Part shown: positions 11,255 to 21,711 of the stretch, in pieces
Layout: each line of letters begins with the position of its first letter
Numbering within the stretch: position 1 is the first letter of the stretch
Assembly: GCA_963717465.1 (NCBI GenBank)
Contig: OY970340.1
Coordinates: 1,088,001 to 1,152,000 of the forward strand
DNA from: Candidatus Bathyarchaeota archaeon
Lineage (GTDB): Archaea; Thermoproteota; Bathyarchaeia; Bathyarchaeales; Bathycorpusculaceae
Direction of reading: 5' to 3'
Length of the DNA: 64,000 nucleotides
Program-made: the position numbers and the translations under genes
The notes under the pieces: model-generated
What the model was told of the DNA's origin: nothing
Seen by the model: only the letters and a program-made list of their open reading frames with translations
The model's database searches: none

Positions 11255-11284
11255 AGCAAAATGATGTTGAAGTTGACCGGCGAG
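11255..11284 (+). repeat. tRNA-T-arm-core repeat, left arm only
   Basis: AGCAAAATGATGTTGAAGTTGACCGGCGAG. Confidence 0.6.
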
Positions 11285-11525
11285 GTAGCCCAAAGAAGAT
11301 TTCATGCTAAAACCACTTTTTGCCATCGAATAATTGCTTGAGTCGTTGAGACTGCGCCTGTCCAGCAGAAATCATCAGTGCATTTTGCGTAAGGGGTCAC
11401 TCGCCAATTAACCTCAATTATATCTGAAACCCCGTTCTTAACCTCGTTGTTATCAACTTGAAGAGTTGTTTAATCTAGCAAGCAAACGTTAGCTGATCGT
11501 TGAAAAATTTGTGGAATGGAATGCC

Positions 11526-12290
11526 TTAATATGCACTCCAGCCTTTATCGACTGAAAGAATTACACCGGTTATGAACGAAGAATCATCGCTTGCTAAGAA
11601 TAATGCAGCCTTTGCAATTTCCTCGGGCTGGCCCATTTCAGTCATCGCTGCTCCATAATTGACATCGTCTTTAGCCATGCCCGCTTTACTAATATCTATT
11701 TCGAAGTTCATAGTTGTTTGAAAAGCACCAGGAGCTATTCCATTGCATCGTATACCTAAATTACGGTATAAGAATCCTGTATTTTTTGTTAACCCAACTA
11801 GAGCCCACTTACTTGAGGTATATGCAGCTCCAGCTTCACCTCCACCTAAGCCTCCTCTTGAACAAATGTTAACAATAACGCCAGCTCCCTTTGGCAGGAA
11901 CACATTTTTGATAGCGTACCGCATTGACCTAAATGGGCCCTCAAAATTAACCCCCATTACTTTTTTCCACAGTCCATCATCAACTTCATGCACCAGACCG
12001 AAATTATCCATAACGCCAGCATTATTTACCAAAATATCCAATGTTCCATACGTGTTAACTGCTACGTTAATCATGTTTTGTACATCTTCTTCTTTTGTAA
12101 CATTTGAAAGAAGAGTTGTTACTTGTCCACCCATCTGCTCAATTTCAGATTTAGTTTCATCAAGCCTAGTCTGAATGATATCAGTAGCTATAACTTTGCT
12201 ACCTTCTGCAACAAACAATTTTGCAATTTCTTTTCCCATTCCAGAGCCTGCGCCAGTTACGATGGTTACTTTATTCTCCAATTTTTTCAT
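11526..12290 (-). CDS. Short-chain dehydrogenase/reductase (classical SDR)
   Basis: TGAGSGMG, NNAG, YTSSK; GGAGGTG upstream of ATG 12290. Confidence 0.92.
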   Translation of the reverse strand: MKKLENKVTIVTGAGSGMGKEIAKLFVAEGSKVIATDIIQTRLDETKSEIEQMGGQVTTLLSNVTKEEDVQNMINVAVNTYGTLDILVNNAGVMDNFGLVHEVDDGLWKKVMGVNFEGPFRSMRYAIKNVFLPKGAGVIVNICSRGGLGGGEAGAAYTSSKWALVGLTKNTGFLYRNLGIRCNGIAPGAFQTTMNFEIDISKAGMAKDDVNYGAAMTEMGQPEEIAKAALFLASDDSSFITGVILSVDKGWSAY

Positions 12291-12351
12291 TGTACTCTTC
12301 ACCTCCTGCAAACGTGCCTATAACTAGATGTTTTAAAGGGAAAATTGTACA

Positions 12352-12849
12352 TTATTCGAGGCCCATCATACTTTCTAACTCGTTCCGACGTTCTTTAAAA
12401 CGCCATTTACCATCTTCGCACTTGACAAATTTGTCAAAGTACCGGCCGAAGCACAGAACGAAAGGTCCACTCTCTCCACCATTGTCGAGTCGCACAAAAT
12501 ATGTTACTGCCGATGCCTTGTCGTTGCCCTCCAACTTGATTACTGGCTCAATGATGAGATGTTTATGATAAGCCTCGGGAGCATGGTCATGCATGTGGAT
12601 ATAATCACTCAAGTCTTTTCCGCTGTATCCATCTTCGGGTTGTGGTATGCCGAAAAGTTCAGGCATTTTAACTCCACGGATACCTGACCAGTAATGTGCA
12701 TCCTTAGTAAAGAGATCAAGCCATTCTTCGGCCAAGCCATAGTCGATTGCATGGGCATACGCGTTCATTGTTTGCTGTATGTCTCGTTCCGCCTCTAATG
12801 CTTCTAAACGTTGCTCCAAAGCTTTTACACGCTTTTCCATTTCACTCAT
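12352..12849 (-). CDS. SnoaL/NTF2-like protein (BaiE/LinA-like fold)
   Basis: LEAERDI...YAHAID, H..I.P.I, GRY.D.FVK..DG.WRF..R pattern. Confidence 0.8.
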   Translation of the reverse strand: MSEMEKRVKALEQRLEALEAERDIQQTMNAYAHAIDYGLAEEWLDLFTKDAHYWSGIRGVKMPELFGIPQPEDGYSGKDLSDYIHMHDHAPEAYHKHLIIEPVIKLEGNDKASAVTYFVRLDNGGESGPFVLCFGRYFDKFVKCEDGKWRFKERRNELESMMGLE

Positions 12850-12881
12850 AACTATTTCCTTCTAAATTTCCCATTCATTTT

Positions 12882-13664
12882 CTATCCGAAAATATTATCG
12901 TCATGCATGATGTATTGTCCTGTTCGGTCATCAATTTTTCCCGCTGCCATGAATAGAATCCGTTTGATAATTGCCTCAGGGCTTTGTGCATCCGCGTTAT
13001 ACACATCTTTGAACCAAGGCATCCATTTTTCATTTTTCTCCGTTAAGCAGTTATCATTTAAAGTTGTATTCTTCACAACTCCAGGTTCGGTGGCAAAGAC
13101 GCTTATTCCGTGCTCTTGTAACTCAACAGCGAGGGTCTCAGTAAGTTTTGTAAGTGCAATCTTGCTAACCATGTAAGCGGACAAGTAAGGTAATGTCACA
13201 GAATATGCTCCACTGGTAATGTTAACAATACGTCCACGTCCACGCTTAATCATTCCAGGCAAAACAGCTCGGATAAGAAGAACTGGTCCCCGCAAATTGA
13301 TGTTTTGGCATTGCCACCAGTCATCAGGGTCCACTTCCCAAAGAGGCCCAACTGGATCATTGGTTGCAGCACTGTTTACCAACAAATCAACGGGACCTAA
13401 TTCCTTTTCAATCTGTTTTATCGCGCGCTCGACCGCAGGGCGATCAGTAACGTTCAGCGGTAAAGCGTATCCACGTCCTCCTTTTGCCTTAATAAGATCA
13501 ACTGTTTTAGCTAAATGCTCAGCTGAACGGGAGATAACTGCTACAGTTGCTCCTGCCTCAGCGAGGGCTATAGCTAATGCCTGTCCTATTCCGGTTCCTC
13601 CGCCGGTAACAATCGCTACTTGATTTTTAAGATTTATAGATTCTTTTTGATCATTTTTACTCAT
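12882..13664 (-). CDS. Short-chain dehydrogenase/reductase
   Basis: TGGGTGIG, YMVSK catalytic motif. Confidence 0.9.
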   Translation of the reverse strand: MSKNDQKESINLKNQVAIVTGGGTGIGQALAIALAEAGATVAVISRSAEHLAKTVDLIKAKGGRGYALPLNVTDRPAVERAIKQIEKELGPVDLLVNSAATNDPVGPLWEVDPDDWWQCQNINLRGPVLLIRAVLPGMIKRGRGRIVNITSGAYSVTLPYLSAYMVSKIALTKLTETLAVELQEHGISVFATEPGVVKNTTLNDNCLTEKNEKWMPWFKDVYNADAQSPEAIIKRILFMAAGKIDDRTGQYIMHDDNIFG

Positions 13665-13694
13665 AATTTTTTTCTCCACTTGTTTTTTCAACTA

Positions 13695-15425
13695 TTATTC
13701 TTTAACGATTTCTTTTCCCGCTATGTAAGCCATGGTGAGTGCGGGTCCTATTGTAGATCCACCGCCAGGATAACCCCAGCCTAAAACGCATCCCGAGTTG
13801 TTTCCGGCTGCATATAGGCCTGGTATTGGTTTGTCATTCCAGTCGAGTGCTTGGCCATATTTGTTTATCGCTATGCCTCCTGCGGTGCCAAGAGCTCCGG
13901 GGAGAACTTGGATTGCGTAGTACGGTGGCTTCTCAATGGTTCCTAGGGTTGAATTCTTGTAGATTCCTCGTTTTTCGCCTATTTTGTCTCCGTAGAACCA
14001 GTCATAGTAGCTTTCGCCTCGATGGAATTCTGGGTCTTTGCCTTCTTTTGCATATTTGTTAAAGTTCTTCACTGTTTCCTCTAAGCCAGCGGGATCCATG
14101 CCGCATTTCTCAGCCAGTTCTTTTAGAGTATTTCCTTTTTTAACTGGTGGGTCTGGTAGGTCTTGGTCCATTGGAATCTGAGCGATTAAATGGGTTTTGT
14201 GGCAAAACTCGTCAAAAATCATCCAGGAGGGATGATTTGTCCATTCATGTTTTATTGCATCGTATTGTTGTAATGTTCTCATTACGCTTCTGTAGTTTTG
14301 GCCTTCGTCTGTGAATCGTTTTCCGTATTTGTTGACCCATATTGTTCCTGGGGCAACTTTATCGTACATGATGGTTCTGTAAGATGGTTGGCCTTCGTAT
14401 GTATCTCCGGGGAAGTAGCATGTTGGGAAATACCATGCGTCTTGCATCTGTGACAGTTGTGCTCCAGCTTCCATTCCTATGCGTTGTCCATCGCCAGTGT
14501 TGTGTGGTCCGGGCATTGGTCCAATTAGTGGTCCTCTTGTAAAGGCTTTGATGAATTTTGGGTTCCATTCAAATCCGCCAGCGCACATGATTACTCCTTT
14601 TTTAGCGTGGATTGCTATTTCTTTGCCGTCTTTTTCTGCGATTAAGCCGACAACTTGGCCATTTTCTGTGACTAAGTGTTTAGCAGGTGTTTTAGTCATG
14701 ATGTCGATTTTATTATCGTAGCATGTCCATGCGAGTAGTGCTATTAAAGAAAGTCCCATGGAAATAATGTTGTTATTTCCTCTTTCAAGTACGATTCCAA
14801 AGTCCCATGCGCCTTCAGTTCCAATCGTGTTGAGTCCGCCCCACTTGTCGTTTTCATCAATCACTACTGGAAAGCCCTGTGGCATAATGCGAAGTTTCTC
14901 AACTAGTTCAGGCGGCATTGTTTTGGTGTCAAAGGCTATTGGTTCTATGGTTCTGCCTGCTTTAACTGCGCCGTCCCAGTCTGGATAATATTCAGGCATT
15001 AGTCTACAATGTGTCCATTTTACATGTGTGTGGTCTTCAAGATAGTCAGCCATCTTCCATGCATTATCTATGTATGTTTCTATGAGTTCATCGGTTGAAT
15101 ATCCAAGTGAGCATCTTTTTGCATACCTTTTGGCCATCTGTTGGCCTTCTTCGTTATCGATCCGCTTCCAATTCCAAACTTTCTTTATTGGATCCCAGAC
15201 TTCGACTTTGTAGCCCATTCTGAGGAATTTATTGTTAGGTACCCAAGCGCCGCCTCCAGAATAAGTTGTTGCTCCACCGATCATTTCGGTCTTCTCCAGC
15301 ACAACAACTTTCTTTGCGCCTTCAAGAGATGCAACGTTAGCTGCGCATAAACCAGAAGCCCCAGAACCTACGACAACAACGTCGGTTTCAATATCCCATT
15401 TTCCAGAATCATTTTTAAGTTCCAT
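13695..15425 (-). CDS. FAD-binding oxidoreductase, 3-ketosteroid-delta1-dehydrogenase/flavocytochrome c flavin-subunit family
   Basis: VVVGSGASG, GGAT.YSGG, AGGFE, NTGDG, GKRF.DE, IPGLYAAGN, YPGGGSTIG. Confidence 0.85.
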   Translation of the reverse strand: MELKNDSGKWDIETDVVVVGSGASGLCAANVASLEGAKKVVVLEKTEMIGGATTYSGGGAWVPNNKFLRMGYKVEVWDPIKKVWNWKRIDNEEGQQMAKRYAKRCSLGYSTDELIETYIDNAWKMADYLEDHTHVKWTHCRLMPEYYPDWDGAVKAGRTIEPIAFDTKTMPPELVEKLRIMPQGFPVVIDENDKWGGLNTIGTEGAWDFGIVLERGNNNIISMGLSLIALLAWTCYDNKIDIMTKTPAKHLVTENGQVVGLIAEKDGKEIAIHAKKGVIMCAGGFEWNPKFIKAFTRGPLIGPMPGPHNTGDGQRIGMEAGAQLSQMQDAWYFPTCYFPGDTYEGQPSYRTIMYDKVAPGTIWVNKYGKRFTDEGQNYRSVMRTLQQYDAIKHEWTNHPSWMIFDEFCHKTHLIAQIPMDQDLPDPPVKKGNTLKELAEKCGMDPAGLEETVKNFNKYAKEGKDPEFHRGESYYDWFYGDKIGEKRGIYKNSTLGTIEKPPYYAIQVLPGALGTAGGIAINKYGQALDWNDKPIPGLYAAGNNSGCVLGWGYPGGGSTIGPALTMAYIAGKEIVKE

Positions 15426-15457
15426 ATCCTATCACGATAATTTGAATTGTGTTGATA

Positions 15458-15582
15458 AATATTTAAAAAGAATCATAGGCAACTGTCAGTTTTCTGCCAC
15501 AAAATTAGCCTACATATTTAAATTTCTTACTTGCTTGTTTCCATTGTTGCATCAAAACAATAATCTTTGATACAATGGCAAT
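15458..15582 (-). promoter_or_regulatory. Conserved upstream block (TATA-like TTAAATA plus TGCAA boxes), divergent copy
   Basis: Aligns by eye with 47213..47330 and 49487..49605. Confidence 0.5.
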
Positions 15583-15753
15583 CACCAATAGACGGAAAAT
15601 TCAACTTTTATTCTAAACTGTATTTTTAGCGAGCCTTCGAAGGAAAAAAACAGCAAGTAGGCTAATATGCATATGTTAATCTCTTCAGTGCATGCCAATT
15701 TATGTGTTATTGGGTAATTTGTGTTGAATGCTTCAATTGTTAACGGGCTATTG

Positions 15754-16386
15754 TTATTCTGTAGGTTCGAAGAATTTTCCAAAATTTCGCAGTGAAAACG
15801 GTTTTGGAAACTCTCTTCCAGTGCGAAACACGAAGGAGTTTACTTTTACGTTTTGAAGTATATTCTTCATCAATATTGCGTCTTTCTGTAATTTCTTAAA
15901 TAACTCAACATATTCTTCATAATTTCTGTGCATTGATACAATAACAAAATTTGTTGCGCCTAAGCCTTCATCCTGTAGAAAACATAATATTGCAGGATAT
16001 TTTTCCGCCCATACATGAAATTCACCAGGGGCTGGTGTAACCGCATCAGCACTTGAAACAAATGTAAACACGAGGATATCGATTCCTAATTTGTGCAAGT
16101 TCGGTATTGCGGTGTATTCTTGTATGTAGCCTTCTTGCTCCAGCTTTCTTATTCTTCTTGACAATGTTGTGTGAGTTATTCCTAAATCTTTAGAGATAGC
16201 TCTTTCGCTTTTATTACCTTGCGCCATTAGAGTAAACAAGACTTTGAGGATTTCCTGTTTCTCCTGTGTTTTCCTATCCACCATTTTCTTTTTCACAACT
16301 TTATCCATAGCATCAAAATATTCGCTACAAGTTTTAAATTTTTGTTTTTTATCGAATATTAATGTCAGTAAATGCGATTTAGACAT
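15754..16386 (-). CDS. Lrp/AsnC-type winged-helix transcriptional regulator (start uncertain, possibly near 16283)
   Basis: SERAISKDLGI...LSRRIRKLEQEGYI.EY; paralog of 49798..50388. Confidence 0.8.
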   Translation of the reverse strand: MSKSHLLTLIFDKKQKFKTCSEYFDAMDKVVKKKMVDRKTQEKQEILKVLFTLMAQGNKSERAISKDLGITHTTLSRRIRKLEQEGYIQEYTAIPNLHKLGIDILVFTFVSSADAVTPAPGEFHVWAEKYPAILCFLQDEGLGATNFVIVSMHRNYEEYVELFKKLQKDAILMKNILQNVKVNSFVFRTGREFPKPFSLRNFGKFFEPTE

Positions 16387-16561
16387 TTTTGGATTAATTG
16401 TCTCTCATTGGGTGGTCGGTAACTTTTAGGTTCATTTTCGCGCTCTGTTGTTAGAAGACACTATAGAGCATCAGCTATTAATGCTGGAAAATTGTGGTTG
16501 TCTTGCAAATTGTAATTTGAATCGAGCATTTCAACTTTGAATATTGCAACGAGTTAAAGGG

Positions 16562-18010
16562 TTAAGTTTTCTCCTCAGCAGGATTTACTAAGAGAAACAT
16601 GTTTTCCATGCCCACAACGATGACTGCTTCGCCCTTCTTTATCGATCTGCCTTTGGTGATGGCGCGCCAGAATTCGCCTTCTACTCGAACTTCTCCTTTA
16701 GGAATTAAGTCCGCAGTAGCGATGCCTTTCTTGCCTACCATGGTTTCCAAACCTGTGAGTTTTAAGCGTCGTCTTAGTGGCTTGATTATCCATCTGATGT
16801 ATAAGCCAATGATAACTCCAAAAATCACAAGTGCCACAAGCTCAATATCTGTTATCGCCGTTATCGGTGAAGGTGAATACTGCACGCCGTACGAAAGGAA
16901 GTAGATTCCGATCGCACCAAGGATTACTCCAGCCATAAGCGCAAACCCGTGCCCCAGTTTAAGCTCCAAAATAATTAGTGCAGCCGCTGCTACGAGTATA
17001 ACTATGCCCAGCCATGAGGCGCCAATTATCTCTGTTCCTACTAAGCCGGCAACTATTGCGATGACGCCTAAAATGGTTAGCCAAATGGTTGGGTGAAAAA
17101 AGTCTATCACAATTGCGACAATGCCTAATAGAATTAGGATGCCATCCAAAGTGGAATCGCTTAAGACGCTGAGCGTTTGCTCGTAGAAGCTTTCACTAAG
17201 CGTCACTTGGGGGTTTGCAGATAAACCCAGCTGATTCAGCGCGTCAGACAGCGAGTCTGCTGTCCCATCAGCAACATGGTTTGCCACTGCATCCTGCGCT
17301 GAAAATGCTTCGTCAGATTGAACCATATAATAAACTGCAGTTGTGTTGCGTCCCCAGTTCGATGCAAGGCTTGTCAAGTAATTCAGCATTGCCGCCTGCG
17401 TATGATTCTGTTCAAGGTCTGTTCCACCGACAACGATGGGTGTGCTGGGCCCAATTTCTGACCCTGGAGCCATAAGAATCTTGTTTGTTGCCATGGCTAT
17501 GTAGCTGCCTGCAGAAGCGCCCAAGCCGTTAGGCACTATGAAAGTGTATGTTGGGATGCCTGATTGGTTAGCCGTTGTAATAGATGATACGATGGACATC
17601 ATGTCACTCAAGGTTCCCCCAGGCGTATTCATCTCAATAACAATCGCAGATGCATTATCACTCTGAGCTGTCGTAACGACTCGGGCCATAAAAGCAGACG
17701 AACCTGGATCTACAGGAACATCAAAGTCCGCTATGATAACAGTGTTTCCCGACCCTGATGCAACTGGCTGCACTGACTCAGCAGCGGAAGAAGCCACAAA
17801 AACGCTTAACACAAACAGAAGCAATACTAAACCTAACAAGCCTACTATCAAAGAAGCACGAAAACGCTTCACTTTTAATTTACCCAATTTTCTTCTATTC
17901 TCGGCTACTAGCAAGTTACCTATAAGCTTTGGCATGCCACCTTGCCAAGTCTCTTCCAAACAAACTCGCATCAACACACTAGGAAAAAGTTTGCGGTTTA
18001 CATAAAACAA
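16562..18010 (-). CDS. nfeD: NfeD-family membrane-bound serine protease (ClpP class); true start probably downstream of 18010
   Basis: MNTPGG, ASAGSYI, MAPGSEIG, TM region, C-terminal GEVRVEGEFWRA OB-fold. Confidence 0.88.
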   Translation of the reverse strand: MFYVNRKLFPSVLMRVCLEETWQGGMPKLIGNLLVAENRRKLGKLKVKRFRASLIVGLLGLVLLLFVLSVFVASSAAESVQPVASGSGNTVIIADFDVPVDPGSSAFMARVVTTAQSDNASAIVIEMNTPGGTLSDMMSIVSSITTANQSGIPTYTFIVPNGLGASAGSYIAMATNKILMAPGSEIGPSTPIVVGGTDLEQNHTQAAMLNYLTSLASNWGRNTTAVYYMVQSDEAFSAQDAVANHVADGTADSLSDALNQLGLSANPQVTLSESFYEQTLSVLSDSTLDGILILLGIVAIVIDFFHPTIWLTILGVIAIVAGLVGTEIIGASWLGIVILVAAAALIILELKLGHGFALMAGVILGAIGIYFLSYGVQYSPSPITAITDIELVALVIFGVIIGLYIRWIIKPLRRRLKLTGLETMVGKKGIATADLIPKGEVRVEGEFWRAITKGRSIKKGEAVIVVGMENMFLLVNPAEEKT

Positions 18011-18132
18011 TTATGGCAGTCACAGTATAGTTCAGGTATTGTTCGGAATAGCCACGCTTCACCAAAGAGAAAGTGTAGGTACGTCCACTTTTTCCTTTTT
18101 TATACTGAGACACATAGGGGCGCCAATGTCAC

Positions 18133-18399
18133 TTATTTGTGGAGTCTTTGTTTAATCGAGCTCCAGTATCGTGACAATAGCTGCTTTCCAACTAAGAACA
18201 CGCCGAGATAGAATGTTCCTTCCATCAGGGCGAAAAAAACTGTGCCCAATGTTGCCTTCAGAGCAAGAGATATTCCCATGAAAGGCACGACAAAAATGCA
18301 GGCAAACCAAACTCCTGCAAGGAACACTAATGTAAGTCCGATCCATTTTTTCCACGGGTTTACGGGTTTTGCAGTGTGTTCTTGATTTTGTGTGGTCAA
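18133..18399 (-). CDS. Small two-TM protein (transporter-suffix-domain-like)
   Basis: Two hydrophobic helices, E.TFYLG.FL.GK pattern. Confidence 0.65.
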   Translation of the reverse strand: MTTQNQEHTAKPVNPWKKWIGLTLVFLAGVWFACIFVVPFMGISLALKATLGTVFFALMEGTFYLGVFLVGKQLLSRYWSSIKQRLHK

Positions 18400-18437
18400 T
18401 TGTTTTTACCTATTCTGAAGTTATTTTGCTTCTTTTC

Positions 18438-19829
18438 TTACTTGATTGCTTTGAGTTTTAGGCTTTCAAGGGGGATACCGTTGTATTGGGTTTTGCTTAT
18501 TTCTTTATCTTCTGAGAGAATTTTAAAGTGGAACCCTGCAGATTCAATTTTATCAATATAATCCTGTTTTAACAATGCGCCTGCAACACAACCGCAAAGG
18601 AGTTTTTCATCTTTCTTTTGCTCCGAAGATAGTTCTTTTAGCAAGACTATGTCTGAAATGTACATTTTGCCGCCTTTTTTTAGAACACGATAGGCTTCTT
18701 TGAAAACTTTGGATTTGTTCGGGGCCAGATTAATCACGCAGTTGCTTATAATTACATCAACTGAATCGTCTTCAACCGGTAAGGCTTCAATATCACCAAG
18801 CCTGAAACCTACGTTGGTGTCATATCCATATTTTTCCGCAAGAGCTTTGGCCTTTTCAATCATTTCCTCTGTCATATCGACACCGATAACTTTGCCTGTT
18901 TTGCCCACTTTTTTTACTGCCAAGAAACTGTCAAAGCCTGCCCCACTACCTAAATCCAGAACGGTGTCGCCTTCTTTTATTTCTGCGAGAGCCGTCGGGT
19001 TACCACAGCCTAATCCCAAGTTAGCTTCTGGAACCGCATTCATTTCCTCATCAGAGTAACCGATGCTTTTAGATAGTTTTCTTGCGCCTTCAGGATCAAT
19101 TCCTCCGCAACCACAAGAACAACAAGAATTGTCACCACTAGCAATCTTGGAATAAGCATCATGAACAATTTGCTTAACTTCATTTTGGTCAGCAGACGCT
19201 GAAGTTTTACGCTTATCTTGAGTTTTAGATTTTTTCTTGGTATGCATCCACGGGCACTCCTCCTTTTGAACGCAGTTTATGCATGCAATTCTCTTAGATA
19301 CTTCAGGAGCCACTATATAGGAGTTTATTGCAAACACTACTATTAAGACTAAGACTGAATAATTAAAGTTGAACAAAAAAGAAATTACCCCTACAATAAC
19401 TGGAATTGCATATATTGGAATAATCACTGGCATATTCTTTTTGAATTCTTTAGCAAAAAGTTGAATGTCCTTCTGTTTTTTAAAATATGCTGAAATTTGA
19501 CCATGCCCACTGGGACATGTAATTCCAAAATTGGCACAATACGGACAAACAAATGAAGCCATCCAAAATACACCAATGATTCCGTAAGCAATGTATGCTG
19601 CTGCAGAGAGCCAAGCAATCTGAGAAAAATTAAATATGAACAGAAAAATGAATGCACCAAGTAAAATCATTATTATGTATGGCAGATTTTCAAGAAATAT
19701 CGTAGAAAGCTTGGGTGCCTCTTTTGGCCTAATGATGACGTTACTTTTTACATCTTCCTGCAATCGGGTGACATTTGACATGGAAAAGTTTGCTTTCTTC
19801 TCTTCTGCATTTAGAGCCATGTTACTCAC
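18438..19829 (-). CDS. arsM: Arsenite methyltransferase fused to an N-terminal Cys-containing membrane domain
   Basis: [41 protein letters not shown]; the N-terminal ~200 aa have TM helices and CxxC motifs. Confidence 0.85.
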   Translation of the reverse strand: MSNMALNAEEKKANFSMSNVTRLQEDVKSNVIIRPKEAPKLSTIFLENLPYIIMILLGAFIFLFIFNFSQIAWLSAAAYIAYGIIGVFWMASFVCPYCANFGITCPSGHGQISAYFKKQKDIQLFAKEFKKNMPVIIPIYAIPVIVGVISFLFNFNYSVLVLIVVFAINSYIVAPEVSKRIACINCVQKEECPWMHTKKKSKTQDKRKTSASADQNEVKQIVHDAYSKIASGDNSCCSCGCGGIDPEGARKLSKSIGYSDEEMNAVPEANLGLGCGNPTALAEIKEGDTVLDLGSGAGFDSFLAVKKVGKTGKVIGVDMTEEMIEKAKALAEKYGYDTNVGFRLGDIEALPVEDDSVDVIISNCVINLAPNKSKVFKEAYRVLKKGGKMYISDIVLLKELSSEQKKDEKLLCGCVAGALLKQDYIDKIESAGFHFKILSEDKEISKTQYNGIPLESLKLKAIK

Positions 19830-19858
19830 TAATTCTTAATTCTCAATTGTTGTCGCAA

Positions 19859-21121
19859 TTAAGTTCGATTTATCTGTGCAGCAGGCTTTTTGCGATTTTC
19901 ATTAATTATATCTGTTCTATGAATCCAACTGTCTCTGCACATGCAAACGTTAAAGCCATAACCTGCAGGCGGTTCAACTCCGTATTTCACGTAAATTTCA
20001 GCCAGCTTTTCTTTTGCCTTGCGGTAGTAATCTAAGTCAGGGGCTTTCATTTTGCCCATTACAGGTCTCCCAAAAGGTATCCATACTGATGCTATAGGCG
20101 CGATACCTTGGGAAGCAAAGTATTCAGCGCCTTTTAGAAAGCTCTCTAACGGTTCAAGGCCTGCAATGAGAACACTGCAAGCCTTGCTATGACCATACTC
20201 CTTTGCAATGTATTTAAGACAATCAAGATGACGTTGCCTTCCAGTGAACTTTGATTTTCCTGGCGTAATAGCTTTTGCTAATTCTTCATTCCAGACTTCA
20301 AGACTGCATATTACCCTATCTGCTCCAGCATCAAATACTTGATCAACTTCTTTTGGATCATTAGGCGGCGTTGTGTATACGAGAACTTCGCCCTGAATAT
20401 TTTTTAGCCCAGCAATTGAATCAATCTCATCAAGAAGATTCTTGATGATTTTACATTCTGCTTGAGTGTTAAACGTTGAGCCTCCAGTTAATTGAACATG
20501 TTTTGCTACTTTTTCCTTGTTTACTGCGTAATCAGTGATTTCAGCAACATCCTTAACGGTGGGAATCTGAGGTGTTGGCTTTTTTTTCCGAGCCAGTTCT
20601 TGAGTTACTCCACCTGAATAACAGAATTGGCAGGCATAACCCGCTTTAGCATATTCACATGGCCATAAACATTGAAATGATAGAACATCAAAACCTTGCA
20701 ATACGGCATTGCCAATGTAAGGCAGTCCACTTGAGGTTTTTTGTTCATAGAAATAAGATTTTGGGGGAAAATCAACCGATGTTACTTTCTCCCCATCAAA
20801 TAGCAGGGCAGGTTCACCTGTATCGGATAAGTCTAGTTTGAAAGGAGTGTTCATCTGAGACATGTATTTGAGTTGTTTCATGTTCGACCAAGAGATTGCC
20901 GATTTTACATAATTCATATGAAACGCTATATCTGTTAATTGAACGATTGTCTTGTCTGGCAGAATGATGCAGTTGCAAGTTAGAGGATTAGGATTTATTC
21001 GGCATTTTTCTCTGAATTTTTTATAAACTTTACTGTTAACTTTAACGCCTCTTGAAACAATTAAGGCTTTTAAATCTATTGAATCCAGCTCTTCTCCGTT
21101 TAACTTATATTTGCTAAACAT
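19859..21121 (-). CDS. Radical SAM protein
   Basis: C...C......CQFC cluster motif, LTGG, SLEVWN, GLEP.ES. Confidence 0.8.
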   Translation of the reverse strand: MFSKYKLNGEELDSIDLKALIVSRGVKVNSKVYKKFREKCRINPNPLTCNCIILPDKTIVQLTDIAFHMNYVKSAISWSNMKQLKYMSQMNTPFKLDLSDTGEPALLFDGEKVTSVDFPPKSYFYEQKTSSGLPYIGNAVLQGFDVLSFQCLWPCEYAKAGYACQFCYSGGVTQELARKKKPTPQIPTVKDVAEITDYAVNKEKVAKHVQLTGGSTFNTQAECKIIKNLLDEIDSIAGLKNIQGEVLVYTTPPNDPKEVDQVFDAGADRVICSLEVWNEELAKAITPGKSKFTGRQRHLDCLKYIAKEYGHSKACSVLIAGLEPLESFLKGAEYFASQGIAPIASVWIPFGRPVMGKMKAPDLDYYRKAKEKLAEIYVKYGVEPPAGYGFNVCMCRDSWIHRTDIINENRKKPAAQINRT

Positions 21122-21566
21122 GTTAACGCTTCCCGCAAACAGGTATGTGTTTATGCAGCACTTGATTTTTTTAAACCTAATGTTTCTTTACAGATTATTT
21201 ATTAAACAATATTTATCTCTTTTGTTTAATAAAATCACACCATATTATTGTGCGCGTGTTCAAATGAAATACTTGATTGTTTTCTAAAATAAGCGTAATT
21301 GTAATCTACCCAGTTCGTATATTATATAAACAAAAAATTTATTAGTTATTTAGTAATTAAACTACAGCTTGCCTAAAACACATACAGTGGCTGGTGCGCT
21401 TATCTAACGGCGCAAGCGAGCTGTTAAGGCAAGCGTTCCAGTCACAACTCCATCAACATGCCAATACTTGATGGCACCAGGAAAATTAGAAAGAAACGTT
21501 TCGCATAAGATAACTAATTTTTTAAACATTTTTGGGCCAATCCCAACAAATTTCAATACTTCTACA

Positions 21567-21628
21567 GAGACCGCGAGCATTCGAACCCATAAGCAAGTGG
21601 AGACTTCACTCGCAATTTCCATTTCTTT
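21567..21628 (+). repeat. tRNA-T-arm-core repeat (core plus right arm)
   Basis: GAGACCGCGAGCATTCGAACCCATAAGCAAGTGGAGACTTCACTCGCAATTTCC. Confidence 0.75.
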
Positions 21629-21711
21629 GTAAAATATTTTTTTCTTATTCTCGTTGTTTCGGATTAATGTTTAATGGTGTTCTAAAAAAAGTGCGTAAAA
21701 TGATGGCTATC

